Below, in pieces: positions 1-13,764 of a DNA stretch of 64,000 bases. The notes under the pieces are model-generated. The model saw only the letters and a program-made list of their open reading frames with translations. It had not been told where the DNA came from and searched no databases. The stretch is from the NCBI RefSeq assembly GCF_006345805.1, contig NC_042998.1, forward strand, positions 54,870,001 to 54,934,000, in the 5' to 3' direction. This DNA comes from Octopus sinensis. Lineage: Eukaryota. Numbering within the stretch: the first letter of the stretch is position 1; each line of letters opens with the position of its first letter. Both the position numbers and the translations under genes were made by a program.

Positions 1-285
1 ATCCTGGGTAAAATTGTATTAAGCTGATAGATGGCTTTATGATTGCAGAGAGATGCCGGTTCCATTCTTTGATGCTTCTTAGTACCTGGAGGGAGAATGA
101 TGATATTACCATTGGTGTAATTTGAATACCTAGATAGGATTTGAACTCTTGAATGCAAAAAGATTCAACAGATGATGAAAGGCATCTTATCCAACACGTT
201 GATCATTCTGCCAATCTGGTCAATCAAAGTGCACTCTACTGGTACTTGATTTCTTGACCTTGAAAGGACAGAAGGTAACACTGAT

Positions 286-515
286 TTAACCCTTTAGATT
301 TCAGATTACTCTTTTTAATGTAATGCATATTTCTTTACATTGTATTGGATTAACCTTGTATTATTATCTTGTAGCTTTGAGGTTTCAATGATGTGATTGT
401 ATACTTTTGAAATGACATTTCAGGGTAGGTGTGAGAGGCTGGATCTAGTCGGTTTGAACAGAAAACAGGTAGAATATTAGGGCCAGATATAGCCAGGGTT
501 AAGCTAAAGGGTTAA
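286..515. mobile_element. piggyBac-type MITE (TTAA TSD); same family at 2162-2389, 3563-3995, 8909-9130 and ~12720-12957
   Basis: TTAA-CCCTTTAG ... CTAAAGGG-TTAA termini. Confidence 0.85.
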
Positions 516-611
516 ACTACTAGCAATCTTGTGCCAAAACACACCCTAATGACTGTCAATTTGCACCATATTGTCTATGCTTGCTCTCTGTTCAGTCTGA
601 TAATTATCTTT

Positions 612-999
612 TTTACTCTTTTACTTGTTTCAGTCACTTGACTGTGGCCATGCTGGAGCACTGCCTTTAGTTGAGCAAATTGACCGCAGGACTTATTCTT
701 TGTAACCCTAGTACTTATTCTATCGGTCTTTTATGCCGAACCGCTAAGTTACGGGGACCTAAACACACTAGCATCAGTTATCAAGTGATGTTGGGGGGAC
801 AAACACAGACACAAACGTATACACACACATATATATACATACAACAGGCTTCTTTCAGTTTCTGTCTACCAAATCCACTCACAAGGCTTTGGTCGGCCCG
901 AGGCTATAGTAGAGGACACTTGCCCAAGGTGCCACGGAGTGGGACTGAACCCAGAACCATGTGGTTTATAAGCAAGCTACTTACCACACAGCCACTCCT
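612..999 (-). mobile_element. tRNA-derived SINE family A, near full length
   Basis: Head ggagtggctgtgtggtaag...gggttcagtcccac, internal (TA/TG)n, tail gactgaaacaagtaaaagagtaa. About 25 full or partial copies in the window. Confidence 0.9.
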
Positions 1000-1212
1000 A
1001 TGCCAATCATTCACTTTATGCATTTATTTTTTCATTTTTCTTTTTTGCTGATATCCATTTCAGTCCTTCGAGGTTTTAAGTTTGACTTTTGGTTCAGAAA
1101 GCAAGTGTTACTTTGTGAATATGTCCTGTTTTATTGCTTTTTCTGACAGGAAATGTATCATCATTATCATCATAGATAAATTGGCAGATAGTTAGAAAGA
1201 AAGAAAGAAAGG

Positions 1213-1244
<32 letters not shown>

Positions 1245-1571
1245 CAGGCAGACAGACAGACAGACACAGACAGACAGACAGACAGATGAGTAGATGGATG
1301 GATGGGTGAGAAGGTGGCAGATCAAGGCTAACCACTGGTTAGTCACATAACAACCACACCGAACAACAAGGCTCTATGAAATATTGATGTCCTATAGTTC
1401 TATGAAATTGCTTTGCCCTGACCCAGCTAACCACAGAATCAAAACAATTCCCTCATAGCAATAATAAAAATAACAGCAATGCTGTGGGGGAACAATTAAT
1501 CAGGATAAGGGCAGTCAACAATGCTGTCATTTTACACTCACACACTCACACACACACACACCACACACACA

Positions 1572-1609
<38 letters not shown>

Positions 1610-1807
1610 CACACATGTTTAATGCAGACCTTACTATTGGTGATAGATGATAATAATGAAGGGTCTCATTGTTGTAAATTCAGTTAATAGAAAGGTTAGC
1701 ATATGATCTTTTAATGCCTGGTGTCAAGTTAATTTGCATTGAGTATCTATTTTGATAACTCTATCAATGTGTGGCATGTTTTATTTCAGTTCTTCTCTCT
1801 TTCTCAT

Positions 1808-1839
<32 letters not shown>

Positions 1840-1850
1840 CCATACTCAGT

Positions 1851-2080
1851 TTAACCCTTTCCTTACTGTATTTATTTTGAGATGCCCTGTGTTTCTTTCA
1901 ATTAATTTTAACTATAGCAATGAATTTAGTAAAATAACTTAGTTATCATTAAGCTAGTATTAGGAACATAAATTGTGACTAAGGTTTGGTGGAAGATTTT
2001 AATTCAAAACTTATGAAAACAAGACATTTGTACCACTGAGCCAGAGCTGGTTTCAGCCGGGTTGGTATCGAAAGGGTTAA
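1851..2080. mobile_element. Second piggyBac-type MITE family
   Basis: TTAA-CCCTTT ... AAAGGG-TTAA termini with a different interior. Confidence 0.75.
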
Positions 2081-3744
2081 TATTTATTTGTTGTGTTTTT
2101 ATGATTGTTTTTAGTTGGACAGTGGTTTTGTTAGAAAGAGCTTGCATTGTTGGGGGTCTTGTTAACCCTTTAATATCTATACCAGCCATATCCGGCTCAA
2201 ATTTTCTACCTGTTTTACATTAAAATTGGACTGATCTGGTCTCTCACACCTACCCTACAATGTCATTCTAGAAATAAGCAATCACGCCAATGAAATCTTG
2301 AAGCTTTGAGATAATGCATTATTATTTCAAAACAATGTGAATAAATATATATTACATTTGACAGAATAATCTGAATGCTAAAGGGTTAAATTTAGGCCAA
2401 CCTTTTGGAATTTTCGCCAGATTATCTTCAAAACAATATAGTTCTGAGGTGGTTTTGTATGCATTCATACAATTGCATTCATTGTTTTTCTTATAAATTA
2501 ATGAAAAAGAAAAGGGGTGGGGTTGAAAAAAATTTAACAAGATCCCAATGTTCTTTTATTTGTTTCAGTCATTTGACTGCAGCCATGCTGGAGCACTGCT
2601 TTGAGGGTTTTTTTTTAGTAGAACAAATTGGCCTCGGGACTTATTTTTGAAATCCTAGAACTTATTCTGTTGGTCTCTTTTGCTGAACTGCTAAATTACA
2701 AGGATGTAAACACACCAACACTGGTTAAGTGATGGTGGTGGAGGAGAAACACAGACACACACACACACATACATAAATACATACATGTGTGTGTATGACG
2801 GCCTTCTTTCAATTTCTGTCTACCAAATCCACTCACAAGGTTTTGGTTAGCCTGAGGCTATAGTAGAAGACACTTGCCCAAGATGCCATGCATTGGGACT
2901 GAATTCAGAACCATGTGGTTGGGAAGTTTATTTTTCCAACATTTAATTGGTCATTCTGTACCAATCACTGCTTTGAAATAAAGTTTGAGTTTAATTCGTA
3001 AAATAATTGGATATAATTTAGAATTATAATATATATAATTCTTTTAGAAATTGTAACATTTTTAGAAATTATAGCCAGCACTGATTTGTTATGATGTTTC
3101 ATGTCCAAATACATCTAATATAAAGAACTCTTGCATATTCCAGTGGTAAGGATATAAGGTTATAGTTTATCACCATTCTCTATGTTTTTATTGAGCATAT
3201 TTGGATACAAAATGTCATAACAAATCTGTGCTGCTTATAATTTCTAAAGAAAATCTGTAGAGAAAACCTAAACAAATGAAATTTTCAATTCTTTTATAAC
3301 ATGAATTTTGTACCATAGAACCAGGAGCAGCCTCAGGCAGGTTGGTACCAAAGAGGATAAGACAGCAATTTAACATAACATAGTCATTAGGGTGTTGGAT
3401 AGACAGCCTCACGGTATTTGTTTCTACATTCAGCAAATCCACCATGATTGGTGGTGGATTGGCAGAACTTTTAAAAGGTCAGAAAGGATTCATTACTCTC
3501 TCTATTCCAGCTGTTCGTGTTCTGACATCAATGCCTGCAACAACTTTGGTGCTGTGTCAGCCCTAACCCATTAGCATTTAAACTGGCCATATTCAGCCTA
3601 AATATTTTGACTTTTATGAGCAAAATGGCCAAAATGGCCTTTCATACCTACCCTACAATGTCATTCTAAAAACACACTATTACATCATCAAAATCTCAAA
3701 GCTATGAGATAACGTATGATTAATTCAAAACAATGTAGATGTGA

Positions 3745-3949
3745 TACAATGCTGAAAAGTTCCTGGCTTTAAGAGTATCACAAAAGGCCTGGCTGGGGGC
3801 CCAACTTTCTGAGAGCTTAGGAAAACTGAAGGGCCACTGTAATAGGTGTGTGAATCTGAGAGGGGAATATGTTGAATAAAATCATAAAGTAACTGATCCT
3901 CTTGTATTTTCTTTTATCCAAAGCCAGAAATTTTCAGTATCCCCTTGTA
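3745..3949 (+). mobile_element. Mariner-derived MITE nested in a piggyBac MITE
   Basis: TA flanks; TIR gctgaaaagttcctggcttt / aaagccagaaattttcagt; interior CVNLRGEYVE* resembles the end of a mariner transposase. The host element resumes on both sides. Confidence 0.75.
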
Positions 3950-4680
3950 AATAAGCATTATATTTGACAGAGTAATCTGAATACCAAAGAATTAACCCTT
4001 TTAAGACACACAGTGTTTTGGTATGTGTAACCAAAAAAAAAACAATTTTTTTTTTTTTTTGGAAATTGAAATTGATGGGTGCATTTAGAAAACAAAGGAT
4101 AAAGTGCCTAAAAGTACTTTATTAGTATGTAAAACTATATATATTATATAGTTTCATATATCTACTGAAAGACAATCTCTGGTCAGTTATTATACTTCGA
4201 AACATTTGTTTCATCAGTCTGATGGATCAGCCTCAAAGTCTCTTCAACTTGTATCTCTTGGACAACATCAATGGTGCATTAAGAAAAGATTAGCATAGAT
4301 TGTGCAATTGCATCATCTCCCTTAAAAATTCCTTATACTGGTTTGCACATACATATGCAGATATATTGTCAACCCTGGTACATGAGTTTGTGGATCAGCC
4401 CTTTTGATCAGAAGCTTTCCAGTCATGGTTATTCAGCTTGGTAGTAAAGCTTACATCAGAGCAGGATCTAATGTAACATTATTTTTCTACTTTAGCATAA
4501 AAAGGAAAAGTAATAGCATGCCTGTGTGGTTAAGAAGTTCATAAGTTCACATTACAACGATGTGGTTTTAGGTTCCGTCCCACTGCATGGCACCTTAGAC
4601 AAGTGTCTTCCACTATAGTCTTGGGCTGACCAATTCTTTGTGAGTTGGATACTATATAGAAGCCTGTTGTGCAAATATTT

Positions 4681-5345
4681 TTGTTGTTGGCCTCCTTTTG
4701 TCTCAGGAGACAATGGGAGTTGCACATAAAATAATCCAGTCTGGTTTTTACATTTCATGTCATTTACATCTCCTGCTGTGGCTGTGTAGTCCTATCATGG
4801 TTAAACACTCCCTCTGGCAGGTGACGCAAATGTAGTGAAGACTTTGCCTGGCTGTTTGTAATGCTATAGTTTCTTGTTGTCGTCTTTTCTTGTCTTTCCA
4901 TTTCTCCTCTCTCCCTCATTCACTCTTTTATGGTGCATTGCCAGTTTCCTCGGTTGCTGGCAACCACTTCCCAGTTGCTAATATTGATGTCACAGACCTA
5001 GTGCCCCTAGCTAGCTCTCTATAGAGTATGTCCTTGGGGATTCTGCCATCTCCCATACGACTAACATGTCCAAGCCATCTTATACGTCTTTGTGTGAGGA
5101 GTGCAAACATGTTTGGTATTCCTGCTTGCTTGAGGACATCTTTGTTGGGGACACAACAGTGCTGAGAAGAGATATTCCACGGTAATTGTTGCAATCACCA
5201 CGGTTGCCTTTGTTTTTGTAAAGCGTAATGATGTTAGCATTCTACATATCATGAGGGACTGTACCCTCTTCCCAGCACTAACACAGAAGGTCATGAGGGT
5301 GCTGAAGCAGGGAAGTGTTTTTGCCAGCTTTATGATCTCTGAGGG
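4681..5345 (-). mobile_element. RTE-clade LINE derivative with an internal deletion
   Basis: CWEEGTVP..NANIITLYKNKGNRGDCNNYRGIS is fused directly to QAGIP..LLTQRRIRWLGHVSRMGDGRIPKDILY. 3' end ccattgtctcctgagacaaaaggaggccaacaac. Confidence 0.85.
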
Positions 5346-5514
5346 GATGCAGGCTCTAATCTGATCTGGCAGAGTTTCTACAGCTGGATGCCCTTCCTAA
5401 AACCAACCACTCTGAGAGTGTAACGGGTGCTTTTACGTGCCACCGGTACAAGGGCCAGTCAGGCAGTACTGGCAACAGCCACGCACAAATGGTGTTTTTT
5501 ACATGCCACCTGCT

Positions 5515-5563
<49 letters not shown>

Positions 5564-6321
5564 GCACTCACAGATCTTTCTTTTCTTTACCTCAACCATT
5601 GTTATCCATTCTCCTATTTTCTCATCTATCAGGTTATATACAATCATTTGGGTGTGGAGAGCCTAGTTATAGGAGTTAAATTACTGAAATGGAAGTTATT
5701 TGAAGAGGATAATAAATTGTTTGACTTCTGATTCTCTATGATTCTCTTCTTTATTCTTCTTCTCCGCCCACTCCCCTCTACCACCACCACCACCACCACT
5801 TTTTGCTCTTCTCCGAATCATTTTTCAATATCACACATGAATATTTAATATAATGCTATTATTCCATTGTAAATGTTTTAAACAAACTAAAACACACACA
5901 CACAAATACATACTAGTTCTTTTCTTTATATTTTATTGTGCAGCCTTCATCAACTTCATCATCGGAATTGATTGCTATACAAGTTTCCATTTATCTAAAA
6001 GCTCTACCTTGGCAAGCATTGTTGTCAGTTCTAATGTAACTTCTTCCTTCACCAAATCTCTTCTGGTTCTGTCGCAACCAATAGCTCTACATCCACAACC
6101 TTCCACCATCAGCTCTAAGATGCCCTCATTCCACTCTTCATACATCATCTGCTACTATTAAGTATTGCAGTGCATTCTTCTTACCAATATAGTCATCTTT
6201 CTGACATAGCCTGCCATTTTGTTTGTTTTTTTTTTCTCCTCCACCCAACCTCCAGAGATATTTCTAAACTTGTGTGAGATGTATGTGATTGATGTTCTCA
6301 TCTTTTGGTCTTTCCTTTTAC

Positions 6322-6353
<32 letters not shown>

Positions 6354-6684
6354 GGAGAGAGAGAGAGAGAGAAATATACAGACAGATAGACACATAAGCA
6401 TGGCTGCGAAGTTAAGAAGCTCACTTTGCAATCAGATGGTTTTAGGTTCAGTCCCACTGTATGGCACCTTGGGCAAGTGTCCTCTACTACAGCCCCAAGC
6501 CAACAAATGACTTATGAGTGGATTTGGTAGGTGGAAACTGTGTGGAACACCATCATGTGTATGTGTGCATATATATATATATAGTCATCATCGTTTAATG
6601 TCTATTTTCCATGCTGGCATGGGCTGGACGGTTTGACTGAAGTCTGGAGAGCCAGCAGCTGCACCAGGCTCCAATCTGATCTAG

Positions 6685-6725
<41 letters not shown>

Positions 6726-7414
6726 CTGGCCCGAGGTTATAGTAGAAGACACTTGCCCAAGATGCCATGCAGTGGAACTGAACCTAGAACCATGCGCTTG
6801 GGAAGCAAGCTTCTTACCACACGGCCATGCTTGCACCTATGAAGTATATTTTTTAACCCATACTTTTAATTATATTTTAACACAATCTTTTTTTTCTCCC
6901 ACCTCTTATTATTTTCATCAAGTTCAGGATCATTCAAGACAAGATTAGATATTCCAACTATTGCATAAAGCAAGATACTTGTGTGTGTGTGTGTGTGTGA
7001 GTGTTGATGTTGTTGTTTAACCTATTAGCTTTTATACCATTTATATCTGGTCCACCACTTATATCTGCCCCAGCACACCCACTTGACAATTGATATTGAT
7101 ATGTTTATGTCCCTGTAACTTAGCAATTTGGCAAAATACCTTTTGCTTACAAAGAATAAGTCCTGGGGTCAATTTCTTCAGCTAAAAAATCCCTCAAGGC
7201 AGTGCTCCAGCATGGCCACTGTCAAATGGCTGAAACAAGTAAAAGAATAAGAGAATAAAAGAATCATCTTCCAAATCTCAAAGCTATAAGACAAGCATTA
7301 TTAAATCAAAATAAGCATTACATTTGACATGGTAACATGAATACTAAGAGGTTAACCTCAGATCAGCTCTGATTAGGCAAACCAATGATATAAGAAAAAT
7401 ATTCCACATTTGAT

Positions 7415-7568
7415 CTGGGTCGACATTCGGCAGACTCTCTTTATCCCATTCATTCTCTTTGTTGAACAACCTTTCATAGTGGCATCTCCAAACCTCTCTC
7501 TTTGCATCCTCATTTAGCGCAAGTGAACCATCATCCATGCGAACACATTTCTCTCCTACCACATCACA
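7415..7568 (-). mobile_element. RTE LINE fragment (region between endonuclease and RT)
   Basis: Reads GEKCVRMDDGSLALNEDAKREVWRCHYERLFNKENEWD. Confidence 0.7.
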
Positions 7569-9859
7569 GCGCGGAAAACAGACGTTAAATGATGATGATG
7601 CTGATGATGATGATAATCCACTTATCTTCATATTCTTGGCACTATATAGTCCAGCATATTCTTCTTTATTTAAATTGGTTGAGTGTGTAATCTGCAAGAG
7701 ATTTGGCTACTATTTCTAGTAAATCATGCTAGTATGTTGAGGTTTCATCATTGCTTTGTGTGTGTTTGTGTGAGTGCATGAACAGAATGTAATTTATCCA
7801 TTCTGTCATGTTGGCACTTGAATGGTTTTCAAGTTATAGAACACAAGACTTCATTCAATATTTCAATATTCGTAAATTCACGACTATCATATGGTTGAAA
7901 AGATATATTTTTACTTTGTTTATTTTATGTATTTTTTTATTATTATTATCTTACCATTTATTTACCACATTTAATCATAGTCAAATAATGAAAACTAAGG
8001 TGAGTGTTGAGCAAGGAAGCTTGTTTGAAAGTATTAACTGTGTTCCAATCACATATCAGCTGAATCAGAGATGTGTATCCAATTTCGCTTGATTTTACTG
8101 AAAACAGGATGAACACTAGCTCAATTAAAGAGATTGTGTGATGCCAGTTTCATTTACACTGGTAGTGATAGTTCAAGTGAACTGTATCATTAAATGCACT
8201 CAGGCATAATTAGTTGCGGGCCAGACAAATTAATAATTGCTGTCTGCAGACTTTCTCACAGCCATCAATGAAAGCAGCCAATATTACAACACAGTGTCAC
8301 ATTAATGCTTCCTTCTGCTTGCAAAAACAAAATATTTACGCCTTAAAGACTTAAAGAATTTTAGCTTTATTTCTGGTACCAAGTCCACCCCCTTTTTTTT
8401 CTTTCCTTTTACCTTTTTTTTTTCCAAGTAATTAAACTGATACATAGTTATGATGAGCTCAAACTGTGAAAAATATATTGAATTACATTTTAAGTTATAA
8501 CCCGTTGCTATAATTGATTTAACAGAGTTGGCCAGGGGTTGGAGAGGTCGGCGTTATGTATGGCATCTTACTATATAAGTTCATCGTATGTTATCTCATC
8601 TGAGAAACCTAACCTTTTATTTACCAGTGCCAAAAGAATGACCACCTCCCAGGTTTTATTTTGACTACTATCTCTCATATAGTCCCATGTACATATGTCC
8701 TTTCCACTACAGTTGCTATTTAAAAGTATCCAGGCTGTCAAAATGTGTGTCAAAACATTAAACTTTTTCCACCCCACTTTTGGCAAAAAGTCATTATTGT
8801 ATTTAATCAATTGCTTTGATTTAATGGTCGATTTATGAAACTTCAAGGGATGAAAGGAAAATTTAGCTCTGGTTAGATTTGAACACTGAACATAGCAAGA
8901 GAGATAATTAACCCTTTAGTGTTCAGTTTTTTGGGGAGTTTTTTTGGTGGTGGGGTTGTCAAATGTATTGCTTATTTATTTACATTGCTTTGAATTAATC
9001 ACACATTATTTTGTAGCTTCAAATTTCAGTGGTGTGTTTCTCTATACTGCGAGATTGGATCTGGTCAGTTTTAACCAAAACCAGGTAGAATATTTGGGCA
9101 GATATGGTCAGATTAAATGCTAAAGGATGAAATGCTTTATAGCATATAATGCCATGCTATATTGTTGCTACTCCTAACCACTCTTTAAATGGAGAAGTAT
9201 AAAGACTATTTTGTTTTTGCCTGAAACAGTTGTGGCTATTTCAAAGGTAGATTTCAAGATGTTACAGTCTTGGAACTGGGGTTATTGAAGGATATTAAGG
9301 TGAGCTAGATTAGAATGTTAGAATGCTTAAGGCAGCAAAAGCAGTGCATCTCAACCATTTTTTGCTTATGAACTCCTTTGATTCCTAGTTTACTCAGATC
9401 CTCGTAGCCATTCGATGTTTAAAAAGTCCTATTTTATTTTTATACTTAACACTATGCCAGTGACACTTTAAGGGCACCCATGCCAGTGACACTTTAAGGG
9501 CACCCATGCCAGTGACATATAAAAGTCACCCGTGCTGGTGATGCATAAAAGCTACCTATGATGGTGACGTGCAAATGGCACTTGTGCTGATGTCGCATTA
9601 AAGGCACCCTATACACTCTTTGTAGTGGTTGGCGTTGGGAAGGACATCCAGCCAAAGAAACCAAGCCTAAACAGACTGGAGCGTGGTTCAGCTCTCCTGC
9701 TTACCAGTTCCAGTCAAACCATCTAACCTATGCCAACATCTGGAAAGTAAATAGATGCTAAATGATAATGATGATGATGATGATAAGGAATTCTATAAAA
9801 AAAAATTGTTTTTTGGGTATTGTAGAAATATAACCAATTTATTGTACATAAATAGTGCA

Positions 9860-10216
9860 GGAATGGCTGTGTGGTAAGTAGCTTGCTTACCAACCACATA
9901 CTTCTGGGTTCAGTCCCACTGCATGGCACCTTGGGCAAGTATCTTATACTATAGCCTTGGGCCGACCAAAACCTTGTGAGTGGATTTGGTAGACGGAAAC
10001 TGAAAGAAGCCTGTAGTATATATATGTGTGTGTGTGTCTGTGTTTGTCCTCACCCCCAACATCACTTGGCAACCGATGCTGGTGTGTTTACATCCCCGTA
10101 CCTTAGCAGTTCAGCAAAAGAGACCGATAGAATAAGTCCTGGGGTCGATTTCTTCGACTAAAGGCGGTGCTCCAGCATGGCCGCAGTCAAATGACTGAAA
10201 CAAGTAAAAGAGTAAA
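9860..10216 (+). mobile_element. SINE family A
   Basis: Matches family A from head to the gtaaaagag tail. Confidence 0.9.
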
Positions 10217-13111
10217 TTTTAACTACAAAATCTTATGCGGACCCCCTAGGGTTGTATGGACCTTGTTGAGAAGCACTGAGCTAGAGTTAATAAAAAAAAT
10301 AATTATTGTTAAACAAAGCTGGGAAGAAGCAATACTCTCTCTAGCAGCACACAGGAGGTTGCTACAAGTGTAGCTGAAAGCTACACAGTCTATGTTTGAA
10401 AAAGACACAAAGATGGGATGGTCTTAGGTGGAACTTCATTACTCAGTCAGAGATGACCTGGTGATAAACAGTTCACACAAGGTAATGTTCGGGAGAATAA
10501 ATGATGCCTTTGACATTATACACTTTGGAAACTCTCTTTCTCCCCAAATAACATGACATAACTTTAATTTTATCTGCTCTTAGAATTTCAATTGTTCTGT
10601 CATCTGGATGGTTTTATGAATATAATATCTCTGCAAGTAAAGTGACTGGTAGCTCTAAAGTTTTTCCTTTATCAGTGGCAGCAAGATTTTGTCTTAGCAT
10701 GTTGTTGTCAGTGAGTATATATATGCTACTGACAAAACTCAAAGACAAAGAAATGCACATCTAATATTCTTCTTCCTCCTCCTGCTGCTGGATGACTTTT
10801 GTCTGCTAGAAGATATTGTCTTCAAATATATACTGTTGTTGATTAGCCTTCTATGATGCATTTGCATTAAGTATGATATGTAGATGGCTCTTTTAATCTA
10901 ATACTGCTCCTATTGCATATAATAGGTTTTTAATCTGCCAGTGGCTAATTGCAACATCAGTGGGTACATACTAGACAATTTTCAGCTGCTGTTCATATAT
11001 TTGAGTTTTCAGACACACTAAATCCATGAGAGATACCACTGGTGAAATCCCCACTGTTAATCTGCTATTTGTGATGTATTTGCATTAAGTTTGATACTCT
11101 CCTGGGCCAGGAGAGTCATACTTTAAGCTCTCATCACATTGCATAAAGCCACTTTCATCACTACCAAACGTTCTGAATGATGGGTTTTGCATGCTAGTTG
11201 GTGACCTCTTTGGTGCAAGTTCCATGTGAAAAAAAGCACCCAGTTCACTTTGTAAAGTAGTTAGCATTAGGAAGGACATCAGGCTGTAGAAACTATGTGT
11301 GTGGATTTAGTTATTTATGTGCATCTGTGTGTGCGTGTGTATAAGAGAGTATGTATGAATATGTGACATGTATGCTTGTATGTTCCAGTGTATGTGCGTG
11401 TGACGATAATTCTTTTCAATTTTCATATTCCCTTTTTACTTACTATTAATCACATTTGGGGTGGTGTAGAGACATCTATTTACTTACTTATTTCTGTTCA
11501 TTTCTTGATATATATTTTTAACACACACATATGTATACATTTAAAATATGCATATTTGCATAAGTGTATGTGTATATGTCTCTACATATATATGTTGTGT
11601 ATGTGCATGTGTTCTTTTATTCTTTTACACATTTCAACCCATATGTATGTATATACTCATTATAAGTCTCTTTCCTGAAAGTACTTTTATTATGCAAGTT
11701 AGATTCTGAAAGACTAACTCTTTAAATAGCCTCTTCTCCATAGATATTTGGCTAATGTTTCTCCTCTTTTTTTTTTTTTGTTTGCTTTTTTAAAGTTTTA
11801 TCTTTTCAGAGTTTTAGCATGGTGCCATCCTTCTTTCCCCCCCCCACCACCACCATTTTCCTTCCTAGCTTGCTGCCTTCCTTCCATCCTACCCTCTCCC
11901 CACCGCCACCCTCTGCAAGTTCCTTCATTGACACATAATTTAAATAAATTTACTGCGCTCTTCTTCCATTAGAAAATCTGATATCCGCATATATTAACGC
12001 TGCCTCATCTACTGACATCTTACTGATAGATGCCTTCTTCTCTCAGTGATCAGGCTTGAGAAATGACTTTCAGCATCTTTTTTTAGCTTTTTCAACAAGA
12101 TATGGAAAGCATGAATGAGAGACAGTAAGACCGATGTACATACATAAAAAAAAAAGATAACAGTATATAAGTGTGTATGTGTGTGTGTGTGTGTGTGTAC
12201 ATGTGAGGGAGAGTCTAGTTATGTATGTGCATGCTTTTATGAGTGTATCTAAAAATGTATGTGAGAGGGTATGGTTATATGTACTTATACTTTTATATCT
12301 ATGTGTCTACATACAGCCACAAACATCACTGTATGGTAAAAACTTTGCTTCCCCTCCACATGGTTTTGGGTTCAGTCCTACTGCATTGCACCTTGGGCAA
12401 GTGTCTTCTTCTGTAGCTCAGATCCAATCAAAACCCTGGTTGTGGATTTGGTAGATGGAAACTGACAGAAGCCCACGATATATTATAAGTGTGTGTTTGT
12501 CCTCCACAGCTGCTTGACAACTGACATACCTGACAGAATGTGTTGTGACATATGTTCCGTCACTTTGTCATTCTGGCAGCAAAACCGGCAATATCTTTGG
12601 TGCTCAGTTGTATTGGCCTTGTCTGTCTTTCCCATGGATGAATATTTCGCAGCATGAAGACAGTGGAGAGTGGGGCAGTTGGACTAGCATGAATAACATC
12701 TGCTAGTTTTGCACGTAAAAAATTTAAAATGTAACCCATTCGTGTCAAAATTACTCTGCCAAATGTGAAGCTTATTTGTTCATATTGTTTTGAATTAATC
12801 ATGTGTTGTCTCATAGCTTTGAGATCACAATGATGTTATTGTCTATTTTAAGGATGGCATTGCTGGGTAGATGCGAGAGGTTAGACCTTATCACTTTGAA
12901 CTTAAAACAGGAGGCATATCTGGACCGGATATGACTAATTTAAATGCTGAAGGGTTAAAAAAAAAACCTTGTTTAAACTGCTGCTTAGGGAGCCACTAAG
13001 CATTTCATCCAACATTCAGAGGCTCAGACCATTCATAACGGATGGCAAAAGTGTTTGTATACATATATGCACACTCATGCGTACAACAGATACTAACTCA
13101 CATGCATTCAT

Positions 13112-13147
<36 letters not shown>

Positions 13148-13717
13148 CCTTGCTGGTTATTAATGTCACTTAAGTTCTTTGAATACTATCCAGACTGTGA
13201 GGTGCCATCAACTTCCTGTCCAGCCACACAGTTCCAAGAATTTCAGATCAGGATCTCTATTTCAATAGATTTGAGGTCACTATAATTCCAGCAACACCAT
13301 GCGACCTGCCTGACCAATAGCATCCCAGGTTCCAGCAGTCATGTTGGACTTCCTGCTGCTCTCCATTTGGCTGTCTGAGCCTAGTGTGCTAGATTCTTGT
13401 AACAAGCCTACAAAAAGGGCTGAACCAAACTGTTTTAAATAATAACAGCAGCAACAACAACAACAACAATAATAATAATAATAATAATAATAATGGTTCC
13501 AAATTTTGCCACAAGGGCAGCAATTGTGGGAAGGGGATGAGTTAATTACATCAACTCCAGTGTTCAACTGGTACTTATTTTATTGACCCCAAGAGGATGA
13601 AAGACAAAGTTAACCTCAGCAGAATTTGAACTCAGAACGTAGCGACAGGTGAAATACCACTAAGCATTTCATCCAACATGCTAACAATTCTGCCGGTTCA
13701 CTGCTTTAATAATAATG

Positions 13718-13764
<47 letters not shown>

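Noticed and set aside
3070-3146. Possible penultimate TSEN54 exon (PALICYDVSCPNTSNIKNSCIFQ, phase-2 GTAAG donor)
   Set aside because: The phase fits, but it is too short, lacks the KK..PG.P motif and has a weak acceptor.
5853-6230. 102-aa ORF and a stop-poor antisense frame
   Set aside because: No recognisable domain or splice signals on either strand.
9452-9610. Regular ~25-bp repeats here and at 22690-22935 as a CRISPR array
   Set aside because: Contiguous degenerate units with no unique spacers, inside a eukaryotic SINE; no cas genes.
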